DNA of 64,000 bases from Chiloscyllium plagiosum. Taxonomy: Eukaryota. The position numbers were made by a program, and so were the translations under genes. Under the pieces are notes generated by a model. It saw only the letters and a list, made by a program, of their open reading frames with translations, searched no databases and had not been told where the DNA came from. Every line of letters starts with the position of its first letter. The first letter of the stretch is position 1. Below are positions 50,671 to 62,747 of the stretch, piece after piece. Location of the stretch: assembly GCF_004010195.1 (NCBI RefSeq), contig NC_057719.1, forward strand, positions 23,006,618-23,070,617, in the 5' to 3' direction.

Positions 50671-53665
50671 ACCTTCCAATGACACTAGCTCATTGTTTGT
50701 ATTTACAAAGGGGCACAAACCAGTGACAACCTACAGCTGTCATAGCGTCATGTTAGGAATGAAGATCCAATATAGATTTTAAATTACAGGGAGAACAGAA
50801 ATACAATTGTTGTAGAAACTGCATTCTGAATATAACTGCAAAATGCAAGGTGCTAGTAGGTCTTTATTAGGCATTTGAAAGAAATCAGGGAAACTAGAAC
50901 CGGCCTGGCAGAAAATCTTTCTAAATACGAAGTGTGGCAAAGTGGACAGTAATTTACTATAATACTTGTAGTCAAGATAGGAGAAATGGATAAACTGGTT
51001 CATGATAGAACATGGGTTTTGTGACAATATAAAGCAGGAAGTATTAGATCATCTGTCCACTAAACATACAGACTGATATTTTGTACAATTTCCTGAAACT
51101 GCATTATGTTGGCTGAAGTACATGGTGAGTGGTCGGAGCATTATCACCTACTTTGATATTCCGTCATTGGCTAAATTTTACTCCCTCAAGTTTAATGTCA
51201 TTATTAGAATAATTTTTAGAATCAATAATAGATGTGATAATTCAGTTAATATTTAGAATCTAGAGTAAGCAACTTAGCTTTGATAGAGACATAATATTTG
51301 ATACGTTTGGTACATCTTTTTCTTCAAAGTTGAAATATTGGATTGATAAAGGGAATTCAGTACGCAAAAACAATGAACCTTCTTGAAGGTGTTCCATCAA
51401 TTTTCTCACACGAAGTTTGTTAGAAAAATGTAGATGAACGATATTAGAGAACATTAAGCGACTTTGTGAGAAAGTTGGTTAGTGTACAAATGAAAGTAGA
51501 TCATTTTAATTGTCAGATATCTGTAAAAGAAAAGCCATGGCCACAATTAGTCAAGTGTTTGCAGTTTTTATCTGTATAATAGGAACTAAATGACAATGAA
51601 AGTGAGCATAAGGCATCGAATCATCAGGACAAGGTCAAAGAAACTGTGGTAATGTTGGGAATCTTCCAGGGAGTTTTTTCCAGTATTTCAGAAAAGGCTG
51701 AGAAAAAACTCAACAGGGATTTATAAAATTATGAAGACTTATGATTAATGACATAAGAGAAGGCAATTTAATATTTACACGGTCATTCATGAAAGGTTAC
51801 CAATGAACATAAATGGAGTGAGAAGGCAGATTAGACATTTCTTTACACGGTGGGCTGCTGGAGAATGGACTACTTTGCCACAGGGAGTAATTGAATAGTT
51901 GTGACAAGTACATTTTAAGAAAAGAAATGGAGAAATATTTGAAGCAGAGCAAGAAGCACAGCAATGCAGAGAGAAGACAGTTGAATCGATCTAACACATG
52001 ATGAGATGTGTGGCCTCTTTCACGTTGTAATATTCCATGATTCTACTCAGCATAGATTAGTAAATGAACCAGGAACATTTCCGGTTCATTTGGCAATGCC
52101 TCATTTCCAAAGTTTCACTGGTTCACTGAACATTTAATGCAACATTATAATTTTGTTGTTAGCATGAATGTTTCTCCATAGATACTTTGGAACCATGTTA
52201 AAGGTGCCAAATAAATTAAAATTCTTGTTGAAAATCTTGGATAGAGTTGTTTATTCAATAAGGAGTTAGCATGATTGTCTCTGGATTCTTCCCTGTAAAT
52301 TCTCCGTGAACTTAAACAGATAAATAAATAAATGTTAATAGAAAAGAATACAATTCACAAATCAGAGAGAACAAAGGCTGTATGTCATAAACAGAGCCAT
52401 GTGCAGGCATTTGCTAGCATTTTAGCTTTGTTTTTTGCCAGAGGCATCATTGCATGAGAAGGCTGGCTGCAGTTGTATGACTGATGGTTAAGCAATATGT
52501 ATTTAAAAATTTAAACCTGTGCTTCTCGCTCTTCCAAAATAAAATGCCCTGTGGGTTAATAAAGTAGGCAGTGCCAAATATGAATTTAATAGGATTTCTG
52601 CACTGTTAGGATTCTACACCTCCATTCCATTGCAATTTCCATTAATGGAAATAAATGGATTTGTTTAGGGCTAAGTTGTGGATTGGAGGAAGGAGAGGTC
52701 AATGCTTATAAAAATAAAATATTTATAAAATAAGGAATGGACTTTACAGAATTACTAGTTAAACATAAGTGCAAAGTAGTTTACACTTTATATATATGTG
52801 TGTGTATGCAAGTAACATCATTCATAACTAATTCTTTTTAGTTAAAGAGGTGACTGGTAAGCATCTTTGATCATTTTCTTATAATAAGAAAAACTATTTA
52901 GCTAGTAATTTCTTCACATTCATATTAGAACATTATAAGCATACATGACAAGGCAAAATGATGTAGACTTTGAACCTAAGGCTGAATTTATCCTATTCAT
53001 ACTTTTAGAGCTTTTAAAATAACTTCATAAGTGGGGTAATTGAATTTGAATATCGATTATGTTTCAATGGATTGGAAATTTCAACATAATCAATCAGACA
53101 GGAAACATATAATACACACGTGAAAAATAAGGCCTAATGCATTAATTAAAATCTGGAAATTATTTAGGTATTGAAAGACTAATTTGTACATTAGAGATTG
53201 GGTGACTCAGCAATGGAAATACTATTGAACATTATGGGAGATGGTTCAGCTCCCCTTTTGTTGGAGTTAGGCATTGAATGAAGATGTCACTGGCTAGGAC
53301 AACACTAATTGCCAATCATTAATTGTCCTTGAGGAAGTGGTAAACTGCTTTCTTGAACTGTTGCAGGTATAGGTGAAGTGTAGGTGCACCTACAGGGCTG
53401 TTAGAGAGGTCATTTGAAGATCTGTTAGCAGAACCTATCTTTAATTCAGAGATCATAGGCAAAGAAGCCAAATTACGCAGGTTAGTCACGCAAAATGGAA
53501 TCATGATTTGAAAAAAATGCCTAAAGAGGTCAAGAAGAGAGTTTAGCCTCTCACTTGAAGGTAAACTCTGAGTTGTTTTTGGATGTACAATGAGGACAAG
53601 CATCTCAATTTTGTCTGCTCAATAATTTTGCCTCTGCATCCTAATGCTGATTAAAAGAAATGTGT

Positions 53666-54390
53666 CCAAGATGGTGGTGGAGTAGGGCTCATGAGCTGGT
53701 GTTCACTTACTCTGTCCATCTCCTTTCATTTTTCTCTCCTCTCTTTTCACGTTCTTATCTGTTTCTTTTTAACTTGGACAATATCGGCAATGTCCGAGGG
53801 GAAAGCAAACATGGAAACCCAGACTCAGCATGGACTCGATTCTAGGCCTCACTGTGGACTCAAACTCCTGGCTTCAGCATTGACTCAAACTCCTGGTCTC
53901 AGTGTGGAAGCAAACTCCCGGTCTCAGTGTGGACTCCATTCCCAACCTCAGTGTGGACTCGACTCTGAGCCTCAGTGTGAACTTGATTTCCGGCCTCAGT
54001 GTGGACTCAAACTCACGGCCTCAATGCAGCAGCAAACTCCCGGCCTCAATGTGGACTCAAATCTCAACCTCAGTGTGGAGTCAATTCCCATCCTCAGCTT
54101 GGACTCGATTCCCAGCCTCAGTGTGGACTCATCTCCCAGTATTCCCTGCCTCGAGGTGAAGCCCCACACAGTTTGAGATGGAAGGACTGTTAATCTGAAC
54201 TCTTATTTCCCTGTTTTTTCTATTTTATTGCTGGACTTTTAATTTTTTTATTTTTCTACATTTTTCTTTCAGAATTTGTACTTAAGTGTCTGTACCCAGA
54301 TACCTTGATAGGTAAGATTTCACTCTAAATGATGACTTGTAAACTTTTCACTGTACTCATGTGAGTATATGTGACAACAAAAACTAATTC
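53666..54390 (+). mobile_element. Non-autonomous LINE-tailed element with internal minisatellite
   Basis: CCAAGATGGTGG head, pyrimidine tract, tandem array, and tail aaacttttcactgtac...tgtgacaacaaa. Confidence 0.6.
53824..54139 (+). repeat. Minisatellite, 13 units of 24-25 bp (consensus CTCAGTGTGGACTCRAWYYCCCRGC)
   Basis: Units read directly from the sequence. Confidence 0.9.
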
Positions 54391-54556
54391 TTGTAGATCC
54401 CAATGTACTTATTTATGGTAGCCAATGCCTGTCATGTTCTTCTCTAGTTTACTTAAATGGATGAATAATATATAAAGATTGGTGAAACAACATATTTGGA
54501 TCAGTGGTGCTGGAAGAGCACAGCAATTCAGGCAGCATCCGAGGACAGGCAAAATC

Positions 54557-54584
54557 GACGTTTCGGGCAAAAGCCCTTCATCAG
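54557..54584 (-). ncRNA. Minimal type I hammerhead ribozyme motif
   Basis: Minus strand CTGATGA-A-GGGC-TTTT-GCCC-GAAA-CGTC. Confidence 0.7.
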
Positions 54585-54600
54585 GAATAAAGCTTTATTC

Positions 54601-54628
54601 CTGATGAAGGGCTTTTGCCCGAAACGTC
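54601..54628 (+). ncRNA. Minimal type I hammerhead ribozyme motif
   Basis: CTGATGA (54601-07), extra A, stem II GGGC-TTTT-GCCC, GAAA (54621-24), loopless palindromic helix III (ACGT), predicted cleavage after GTC at 54628. Confidence 0.7.
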
Positions 54629-54885
54629 GATTTTTGCCTGTCCTCGGATGCTGCCTGAATTGCTGTGGTCTTCCAGCACCACTGATCCAGAATCTGGTTT
54701 CCAGCATCTGCAGTCATTGTTTTTACCTCGTTGAAACAACATATTTGTCTATCTAAAGAACATAACTATATAAAGTCGTCAGTAGCAGCTAAGTAGCACA
54801 TCTGAGTTCTACCATTACTGCTCTTAGACAGGCTACCGGCAAAGGATGAGTATATCACATTGAGATGTTAATGAATAACAGTCTA

Positions 54886-55061
54886 CAGAGGAACTGAAGG
54901 ATTATTTGAAGGATACAGGTGGAGAGTATTTCACTCGGTTAATTGAATTCTGGATAATCGAATGCCGGATAACATAGTTTAGCCGAACGTCGGGACCTTG
55001 CGAGCTTGCCGGATAATCCGATATTTGGATAATCGAATGCCGGATAATTGAGGTTCCTCTG
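54886..55061. mobile_element. Tc1/mariner-pogo (Tigger-like) MITE
   Basis: TIRs CAGAGGAAC...GTTCCTCTG flanked by TA on both sides. A second copy lies at 62748-62920. Confidence 0.85.
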
Positions 55062-55196
55062 TAGTCGGTTCTGTTCTCATGCAGCCCCATGTTATAAGAA
55101 AATCACATAATAACACCATTTAAGCTCATGGGGCCAGAATCGCAATAATACCAATACATGATTTAAAAGCTTGCGCTTTAGAAACAGTTAGTCAAA

Positions 55197-55338
55197 CTAG
55201 ATTCCCTACCATGTGGAAACAGGCCCTTTGGCCCAACAAGTCCACACTGACCCTCCGAAGAGTAGCCCACCCAGACCCATTTTCCTCTGACTAATGCACC
55301 TAAAACTATGGGCAATTTAGCATGGGCAATTCACCTGA
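55197..55338 (-). mobile_element. HE1-type SINE 3' half
   Basis: gtggaaacaggccctttggcccaacaagtccacac ... caattcacctgac. Confidence 0.88.
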
Positions 55339-57824
55339 CGGAATTCATCAATTGCGTTACAGCGAATTCGCAATAATGAAGCGCACGTTATAGCAGAATG
55401 ACCTGAAGTTTAACATATGCATCCTATAGGATTTTATACATTGTAATGTAGTGATGCTAAACATCCTTTGATGGTTAGGATATTTCTGATTCATGGGAGT
55501 AGGTTGGATAGCAGGGATCCTGATATAATGTTTCATTTTTCCAACCCTAAGTTTCTGAAAAATGTAACAATTTCTCCACCACAAGGCTTTGCTTTACTTA
55601 AAAATAACAAAGGGAAAAAAAGGACCTTTAGCTGATGGAAAAGAAACCCCTTCTTATTTGATACAAAGGAAACTATATGGCTTCTTCTCTTATATATACA
55701 ATGGATAGCTTTATTTATCAAAACAGTAACCACAGCAACTTATATTTATAGAGTGAGATAAATGCCCCAAGCCATTCACAGCAGCGTTAACAAATAAAAA
55801 ATAAATTGATGCTGAATGAAAATAAACATATGAGGACGGGTTCAAAATCCTGGTCAAAGAGTTAGGTTTTGATGAACTTCTTCAGGAAGAGACAGAGAGA
55901 TAAAGAGGCAGAAGAGTTTGGAGAGGGATTTCCAGTGCTCACGACCTAGGCAGTTAATTGATGGAACAGCACAACAGAGATCTGTGAACACATTTAACTA
56001 TGTACTAAAAGCTGAATCGAGCAGGAACATTAAATTTATGCAGTGAAGAGGTATAGCAGCAAAACTTGTACAAATGTTGTAGAAAATGAAAGCGAGTTCT
56101 TTGGAATAAAATGCCACTGTAGTGGAAGCATGTTTGCACAAAGTTTTCTTTGTTATGGCAATTTATCTGATCTATGACTTACTTCTCTTCAATAGGTCAA
56201 TGTCTTTGTTCAATTTGTGACCAGTGACATGCTATCCAAATGAGTTGATGACTTTTTTTGTAATTACATCTTTATCCCAGAATGTTAAAATAAAATAACC
56301 AAATAATATATACTGGAAAGTATTAATCATCAGTTACGTGCATTTGAGCATCATTACAAGAAATGACGATAATTTACAAATTATGTTCCAATAGTTTCAT
56401 TACAGTTTTAATGGTTACCATTAAAAGCCTACCATTGTGAAATTGTAATTTTTCAAAATAATTGGCTACACACAGTAGCTAACTTTATTTTTAATAAAGT
56501 TGGTTTTAATGGATTGTCTTCCTTCCACTCATACATAACTGATTAAAATTCCAGCCAGCATGTATCTCCTCATAGGTAGGACATCAATCTATGATGACAA
56601 AATGTATTCTCGTCATCTGAAGTAATGTTTGGAGGGTCAAACACTGTCAAGAATAGGGAGCTAATGAATATGTCAGCATCGAATATGGAATGTTCTCAAA
56701 TTAGTACACCATAGTTAAATTTACAGTATATGTTGTACAAATGTTATAAATGATGGAAGATCTGAACATTTGTCATGCCCCAGTGTATAATTAATTTTCA
56801 GTCAATACTTTTAAGTACTGGATACAAAAAAATTATTAAAATGGTTGTTGCAAATCATGTGACCTTTAACTACTTATAGCACCACGTCTATAGTGAATAT
56901 GGGCGTTCAAAGCCATTCAGAGAATTCACATTTGTTAACTTAGAGATGGACCAACCCAAAAGGACTATTGTATTTCAATTTGTCTGCCTCAAATTTCAAT
57001 TTGTTGAAGAAGGAAGTGAGTCAACCCCATGAACCTTCCATTATATTGTAATCTCTGTTCCCCCCAAAATCAGACCGGATGAACCTCAGAGGCATTAAGA
57101 TATAACACAGTGTGTTGAAATCGATGTAAACACAATCCCTTATTTGGAAATGTACTTTGAACTAGTGGAATAAAAACATGGTAGGACAGTCATGCTGTTT
57201 GACATCAGGCAGCCAAAGTACATAACACATCAAAGTTTAAAATTAACTCAAAAACCAACCTCATAGAATTTTGACTATAAGAGACTTCACAATCTGCTGT
57301 GCATCTTCTACTTTACAAGGCCTTCCCTTCAACTTTAAGGACAGAGCTTAAATGAAGGAATCAGGCCTGCCATGTGGGAGACTGGAGATTGTAACTCAGA
57401 ACGTAAGATTATTACTTTCTGTGAAAGTGTATTATCTCTAACTCTAACTACCTCTCTAACTACTATATTATTGTGTGAGAATGAGTTATAAGATGTGTTT
57501 TGAATTTGGGCTAAGTGTGTGGAATAAATAACTTTATTTTAAACTCAGAAAAGCCTGCTGCTGAAAGATTTATTTGGGATCAACACTGGGATTAGGGGTG
57601 GGGTTAGTGCTATCCCAGAACCAAGGAAAAGAAAACACATACCTCTTTCCATGGTGAAGCATTCTGATCATGGGCAATAAGGGGAAGCACACATTCTGTC
57701 CATGATACACTGACATGAAAGCTTGTACATTGATTAGCAATGTGCGAACAATGCAGTCTAACAAAGTGATTTATGCCTTTCATATGAGAGGGCTATACAC
57801 TATCTTCTCAGCACTGAGGAATGG

Positions 57825-57942
57825 TCACAGGACCTGAAATATTACCTGATTTCTCTTCACAGATACTGCCAGACCTGTTGAGCTTTTCCAATAAATTGTT
57901 TCTGTTTCTGATTTAAAGCATCCGCAGTTCGTTCAGTTTTAG
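57825..57942 (+). mobile_element. Penelope-like terminal fragment (family C)
   Basis: ctgaggaatggtcacaggacctgaaatatta (decayed hammerhead) followed by the family C 3' end. Confidence 0.7.
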
Positions 57943-59769
57943 TCCCTTCTGTAGTCAGGAAAGCTAGTGAGTGAAGGTGAAAAATTTCACTGAAGATATT
58001 CCTAAACTACTAGACTATACTACAGATTGATTTTGCATGAAGGTCTTGAAATTTGGACATCCTGTTCTGGGTTAAAATCCAGTATAGAATTGCTGTTCAG
58101 GTATTAAACAATAGCACATAAAAAAACTTTCACAAGACCAAAAACTGGCAGCAAAACCTTTCTTTAGGAAAGAACGAAAGCACTTTTACTTATAAAGGAA
58201 GTCCCAGGTTGTTATAAAATGTTTTGTAGCCAAAGAAGTACTTTTGAGGTATAGTTACTGTTGTAATTCAAAACCCATGAAAACAAAACTTCCTACAGCA
58301 ATGGTTCGTAATAAGAATATGATAATGGATAACTGAACTATTTTAGCATTCAGTTGATGTAAAGGTACTGACAATCACATTGATAATGACAGCCTGAGTT
58401 CTTAAAAGTAATGACATTGCATATTTTTATCATCTTGAGAGTCCAGAAGGAGTTTTGGTTTTGGACCTCAGCTGAAAGGCAATATCACCAAAGTTAAAGT
58501 AAACTACCAATGTGTCAGCCTCAATTTCTGCCCTCAATCTCTAGAATGAGAGATGAGTACAGAGGCCAAACGTGCTGTTGGTTGAGTCACAGATTGTGCA
58601 TAATTGGTAAATTGACAATGAAGAAGTTGAAAGAAGTAATTACCTGAGAAAAGTGCATCATTTTGCAAGGAAAAGGCTTCCTCTGATAGGAAACCTACTC
58701 TTCTTATACCAGAAAGAAAGATTTTCTTTTTCTATTAGAATCAGAAGCATAAAGACCAGACTTTATTTTCAGCCAAATATTCCAAAACTGCAATAAGGGC
58801 AAAAAACAAGTATTTACAATAAACAGTGTCAACTATTGTCAGGTGAAAGATGCATTGCCACTTAAAGTGTCATTTGTCCATAAATATGCTAATATTCTCA
58901 TAAATAAAAGATGAATTAGAACTTCAGGTGTACTGTGCTGCTACTCACAACATCCTGAGAATGAGCCCTGTGACTTCAATGATGATGCAAATGCAAGAAC
59001 CTGTACAGTTTGTTTGCAATAAAGCAAAGATGGAGCCATTGAGATTAAAACGAGTCATGTTAGCAACCCCTAACAACAAGAATTACAGCATTGAGCTTTC
59101 ACTAGATCCAAGGGATGTGAACCATATCAAAGCACTTTCATAGTTCAGCATAGGCAACTGGTTACAGTGAGGAATGAGAATGTTACGATGACAGAAGGTA
59201 TATCAAAGTTTACAAAAGATAAATGGTGACCAAGTGCAAGAAGACCTTTAAAACAGAAGGCTTGTTAATCTTCACTGTAATCCCAATATCCTCCTAACAT
59301 ATCTTTTAGCAGGAGGCTGCCTACAGCTATAAAATAGTCTGTCAAGAGGCAGATTGCCAAACCTACTGATAGCAAAACAGCTTAGCTTCCAAGCTCCATA
59401 GCTCTATCAAGTTGTAATCGTAGACGTAATTCAAGAGAAATTCATTATTGATTTCAACTGAGTTAACATCTTTGTTAATTAAAAAGAAAGAGTAAACTTG
59501 CATTTTAGGAGAAACATCCATGTCCATGAACTGTCCAACAGCTTTCACAATTACAAAATTGTTTTCAAGGAGTAGATATTGCTTATTTTGTATGCAAAAA
59601 TGGCACCTGATTTGCATCAAGAAGGACCATGACAACAATTTAAATAAATGATCAAGTTATCTATTCCCATAGTATTGGATGAGGAATGAGTGTTGTCAAG
59701 GGCTGCATTTGATAGAACTGAATGGCGTGCGAGGCTGTTTGAGACAGTGTTTTGATGTTATCACTCCAC

Positions 59770-60030
59770 TGCTGGCCTGAAGTTACATACAGGTCAGACC
59801 CGTTAAGAATGGCAGCATTCCTTCCCTAATGGACATTAGTGAACCAGATGAATAATGACAAGAGTCTGAGTTTATGATGATCGTGCCTAAAACTAGCTTT
59901 TTATTTCAGATTTTAATAATCAACTGAATTCAAATTCCCAGATGACATGATGAAATTCGAAGTGATGTTAGTAAATCATTAGTCCAGGTTTCTGGGATTA
60001 CTTACCTAGTAATATAACTGTTATGCTACC
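59770..60030 (-). mobile_element. tRNA-derived SINE, old
   Basis: ggcagcattccttccctaatggacattagtgaaccagatg ... attagtccaggtttctgggattac ... gttatgctacc. Related pieces occur at ~27880-27950 and ~43600-43745. Confidence 0.55.
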
Positions 60031-62379
60031 AACTAGTTGTGTCATTTAATTCCATATGAATGAGCCAATAAGGCTTCTGTTTATTATCTTATCTGAAACT
60101 CAGTAACTCTGACAATGAAACACTTCTTTATGACTGTAGTGAATTGTCAGCCTGGATTGTTCGGTTAAAACAAAAAAAGACCAAAGGGAGGAACCTCAGT
60201 TATTCATTACAGAAATAGCACAGCAAAATTTCACACATTTCACTGCCTAAAAGCTTAATAATTACCATGCAATTCAGAATGTTATATATTTACAAGCCAC
60301 ATTCACTTGTTTATAGTGGGAGGACTCAGTACTGGTCTGTCCGTACATTGAAAGTGCCTTGCCCTGCACATCCAGCAGAAAACGAAGAGAAAAAGAATGG
60401 AGTAACTTCACATTTTTTGTCATTCCAAAAAACATTTCTAACTCATGTGATGCACCTGAACAAAGCTTTAAGAAGAAGTAACTTCCTAATTGCTAATAAT
60501 TAATTCCAAACTCCAGGTGAAGCCTGTGCTTTTAAAAGATTCTCTTTGAAGACTACAGCTTCTAATTTATTTTGCCTTATGGCTCTCTGTAGAACATTAA
60601 GTTCACACTAGTATTTCTATTAGCTTGCCTCAGAGGCATCACATCACCCCAAAAGTCATTTGTTGCTGCAGTGCAGCAATTTAAAGCTGCCTGACAGTGA
60701 TAATAATTCTATGGTGAAGTGCAAATTCTTCCATCAACAAATCTTTGAAAAAAGACTCATTCGCAGTCTTCCTTTTATGATTAAACATAAATTAAGCATA
60801 AATGACAATAGTAACTTTATCTATTCTGAGTCTGTGACTGCATGCTTGCACTCCTCTTTTGCTTGAAATTTATTTCAATATAACATTGAGGTATGATTTC
60901 AGTGGATTTATCTAAATAGATGAAATATTTTAATATCAGAGTTTTCCCATGTACTAAATGTGTTGATATAAAATATAAGCACTCTGGAATTTGAAAGGGT
61001 ATGGATTTTGAAAAGGGATTTTTTTTATACACAACAATAATGAAAAGTTAGCTCAGTGGATAGCAATATTTGCCTTTGAAGAATGCGAATTCAAGTTAAC
61101 AATGGAGCTTAACTGCACATTGCAGGGCAACACTTCATTGCAGCACTTTGGAAATGTGAGTAGTGTTCTTATTCAGATCAGCTATTGTACCAAAACTTTC
61201 GAATACTGACTTTGGTTGATAATAATAATTCATTTGGACTCATTTAAGAAAGGTTAAATGAGTTTATCCAAATTACTAGTTAACCTTTCCTCCTTTGTTA
61301 AAGCACAGGAAGAGAAAATATATCATCTTAGTGTTTATTAAAGATAATAAATGATTGTGATCTAATAAGATAGTTCAGAATGAAATACAAGAGCAACATG
61401 GCATAATATTGGGCAAACATATCTATCTGATGAATTATTAATATAAAGGCAGGCATATAGTCTAAGTATGGAATAGTTTATAGAATGCAATTAAGATTAT
61501 TTACTAAAGTAATTCTACCTATTCAAAGGAAGAATAGAGCATTGGTTACTTTTGTTCTAGAAGGCATTGATGCTAAATTTAGTGTCTTCACTCATTCTAC
61601 TGATATCATATAGTCTGAGTGTGTAAATAAAGATTCTAACTTTCAGAGAGTAAATACATCTGTACCAGGTAATTAAGGTCCTAATAAGTATGCCTGAACA
61701 AATGTAGTGGCACTTAATCTTATGCACTCAACCTTCATTATCCAAGAATAATGCGTTTTCGGCAGATACTTTAGTTTGCTGTATCCTCTACCACGAATCA
61801 CTAGAAAGGCAAAGACAGAGCAACAACACATGGAGGATTGGTGTCAGCAAACTATCCAAAAAAAACTTTCCCTATTATGACATTATGGAAAATCTGTCAA
61901 GTTACACAAAGTACCAGGGATGATCATTTGGGAAAGTACCACAGGCTTAAGTGTATAACCAAATCATTGTAGGCTGTAAAAACAGTACCATAATTGGAAA
62001 CTAGCAACCCCATCATTGTTAGGTTTAATGGAAGAGAACAAGACAATGAAGAGTCAAAGATAAATTTGCCAGACTAGACAAAGGCAATATTCAGTATAAT
62101 AAGGGAACTGGTTGAGGTTAGCTGGGGACAAAGTTAGATTAATGCAGACACAGATCAATAGAAGTGAATCTTCAACTATGAAATGGAAAGATAAAAAATA
62201 GCAAACTTTTGTGCCCAAGCATTTGAACAATGAATTACTTTTCCGCTTGAATACAGCTATCAATGTGAGATAATAAAGTTTTCAGAGAGATAAGGACAGA
62301 AGAGAAGCTGAATAACTGTTGATGAGAGCTAATAATAGGAGAAAATGGGTAAGTTGTGTAAATGTCCTTTGAGAAATGA

Positions 62380-62600
62380 AAGTGGGTGACCACTTTGCAG
62401 AATGCCTACATTCTGTCCACAAAGATGACCCTGTGTCTGTCACTTCAATACACCACCATGTTCCCTCAATAATATTTCTGTCACAGGCCTGCTGTAATCT
62501 TCCAGCGAGCTTCAGCGCAAGCTTGAAGCACAACATCTCATTTTCCATGTGGGGGACCCTGCAGCCTCAACAGACTCAACACTGAATTCATTGACTTGAG
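62380..62600 (+). mobile_element. Penelope-like GIY-YIG endonuclease C-terminal remnant
   Basis: Frameshifted translation GDHFAECLHSV...CHFNTPPCSLNNISVTGLL*SSSELQRKLEAQHLIFHVGTLQP..LNTEF matches the PLE pattern GDRFxEHLRSV...HFN...RKLEEQHLIFRLGTLxPxGLNxEF. Confidence 0.8.
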
Positions 62601-62747
62601 AACCTGGTCATGTCCTTCCATGTTTATTACCCATCCCCACTCCCTGTCCAATCATCAGGTGGGATACTTTCAGCACAGCTAACCCTTTCTCACCTACTCT
62701 TAGTCTGATCATCACATTATATGGGTTGCTTCCAGCAAAGCCTACTA

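Larger units (their letters stand above)
54497..54731. mobile_element. Penelope-like terminal fold-back insertion (family A, copy 5); near-perfect palindrome 54497-54689
   Basis: Centre between 54592 and 54593. The arms differ by one substitution and one 1-nt indel. 16-bp TSD tgaaacaacatatttg at 54483-54498 and 54732-54747. Confidence 0.92.

Noticed and set aside
53824..54139. Repeat array that superficially resembles a CRISPR array
   Set aside because: Units are contiguous 24-25 bp tandem repeats without unique spacers, there are no cas genes, and the context is vertebrate.
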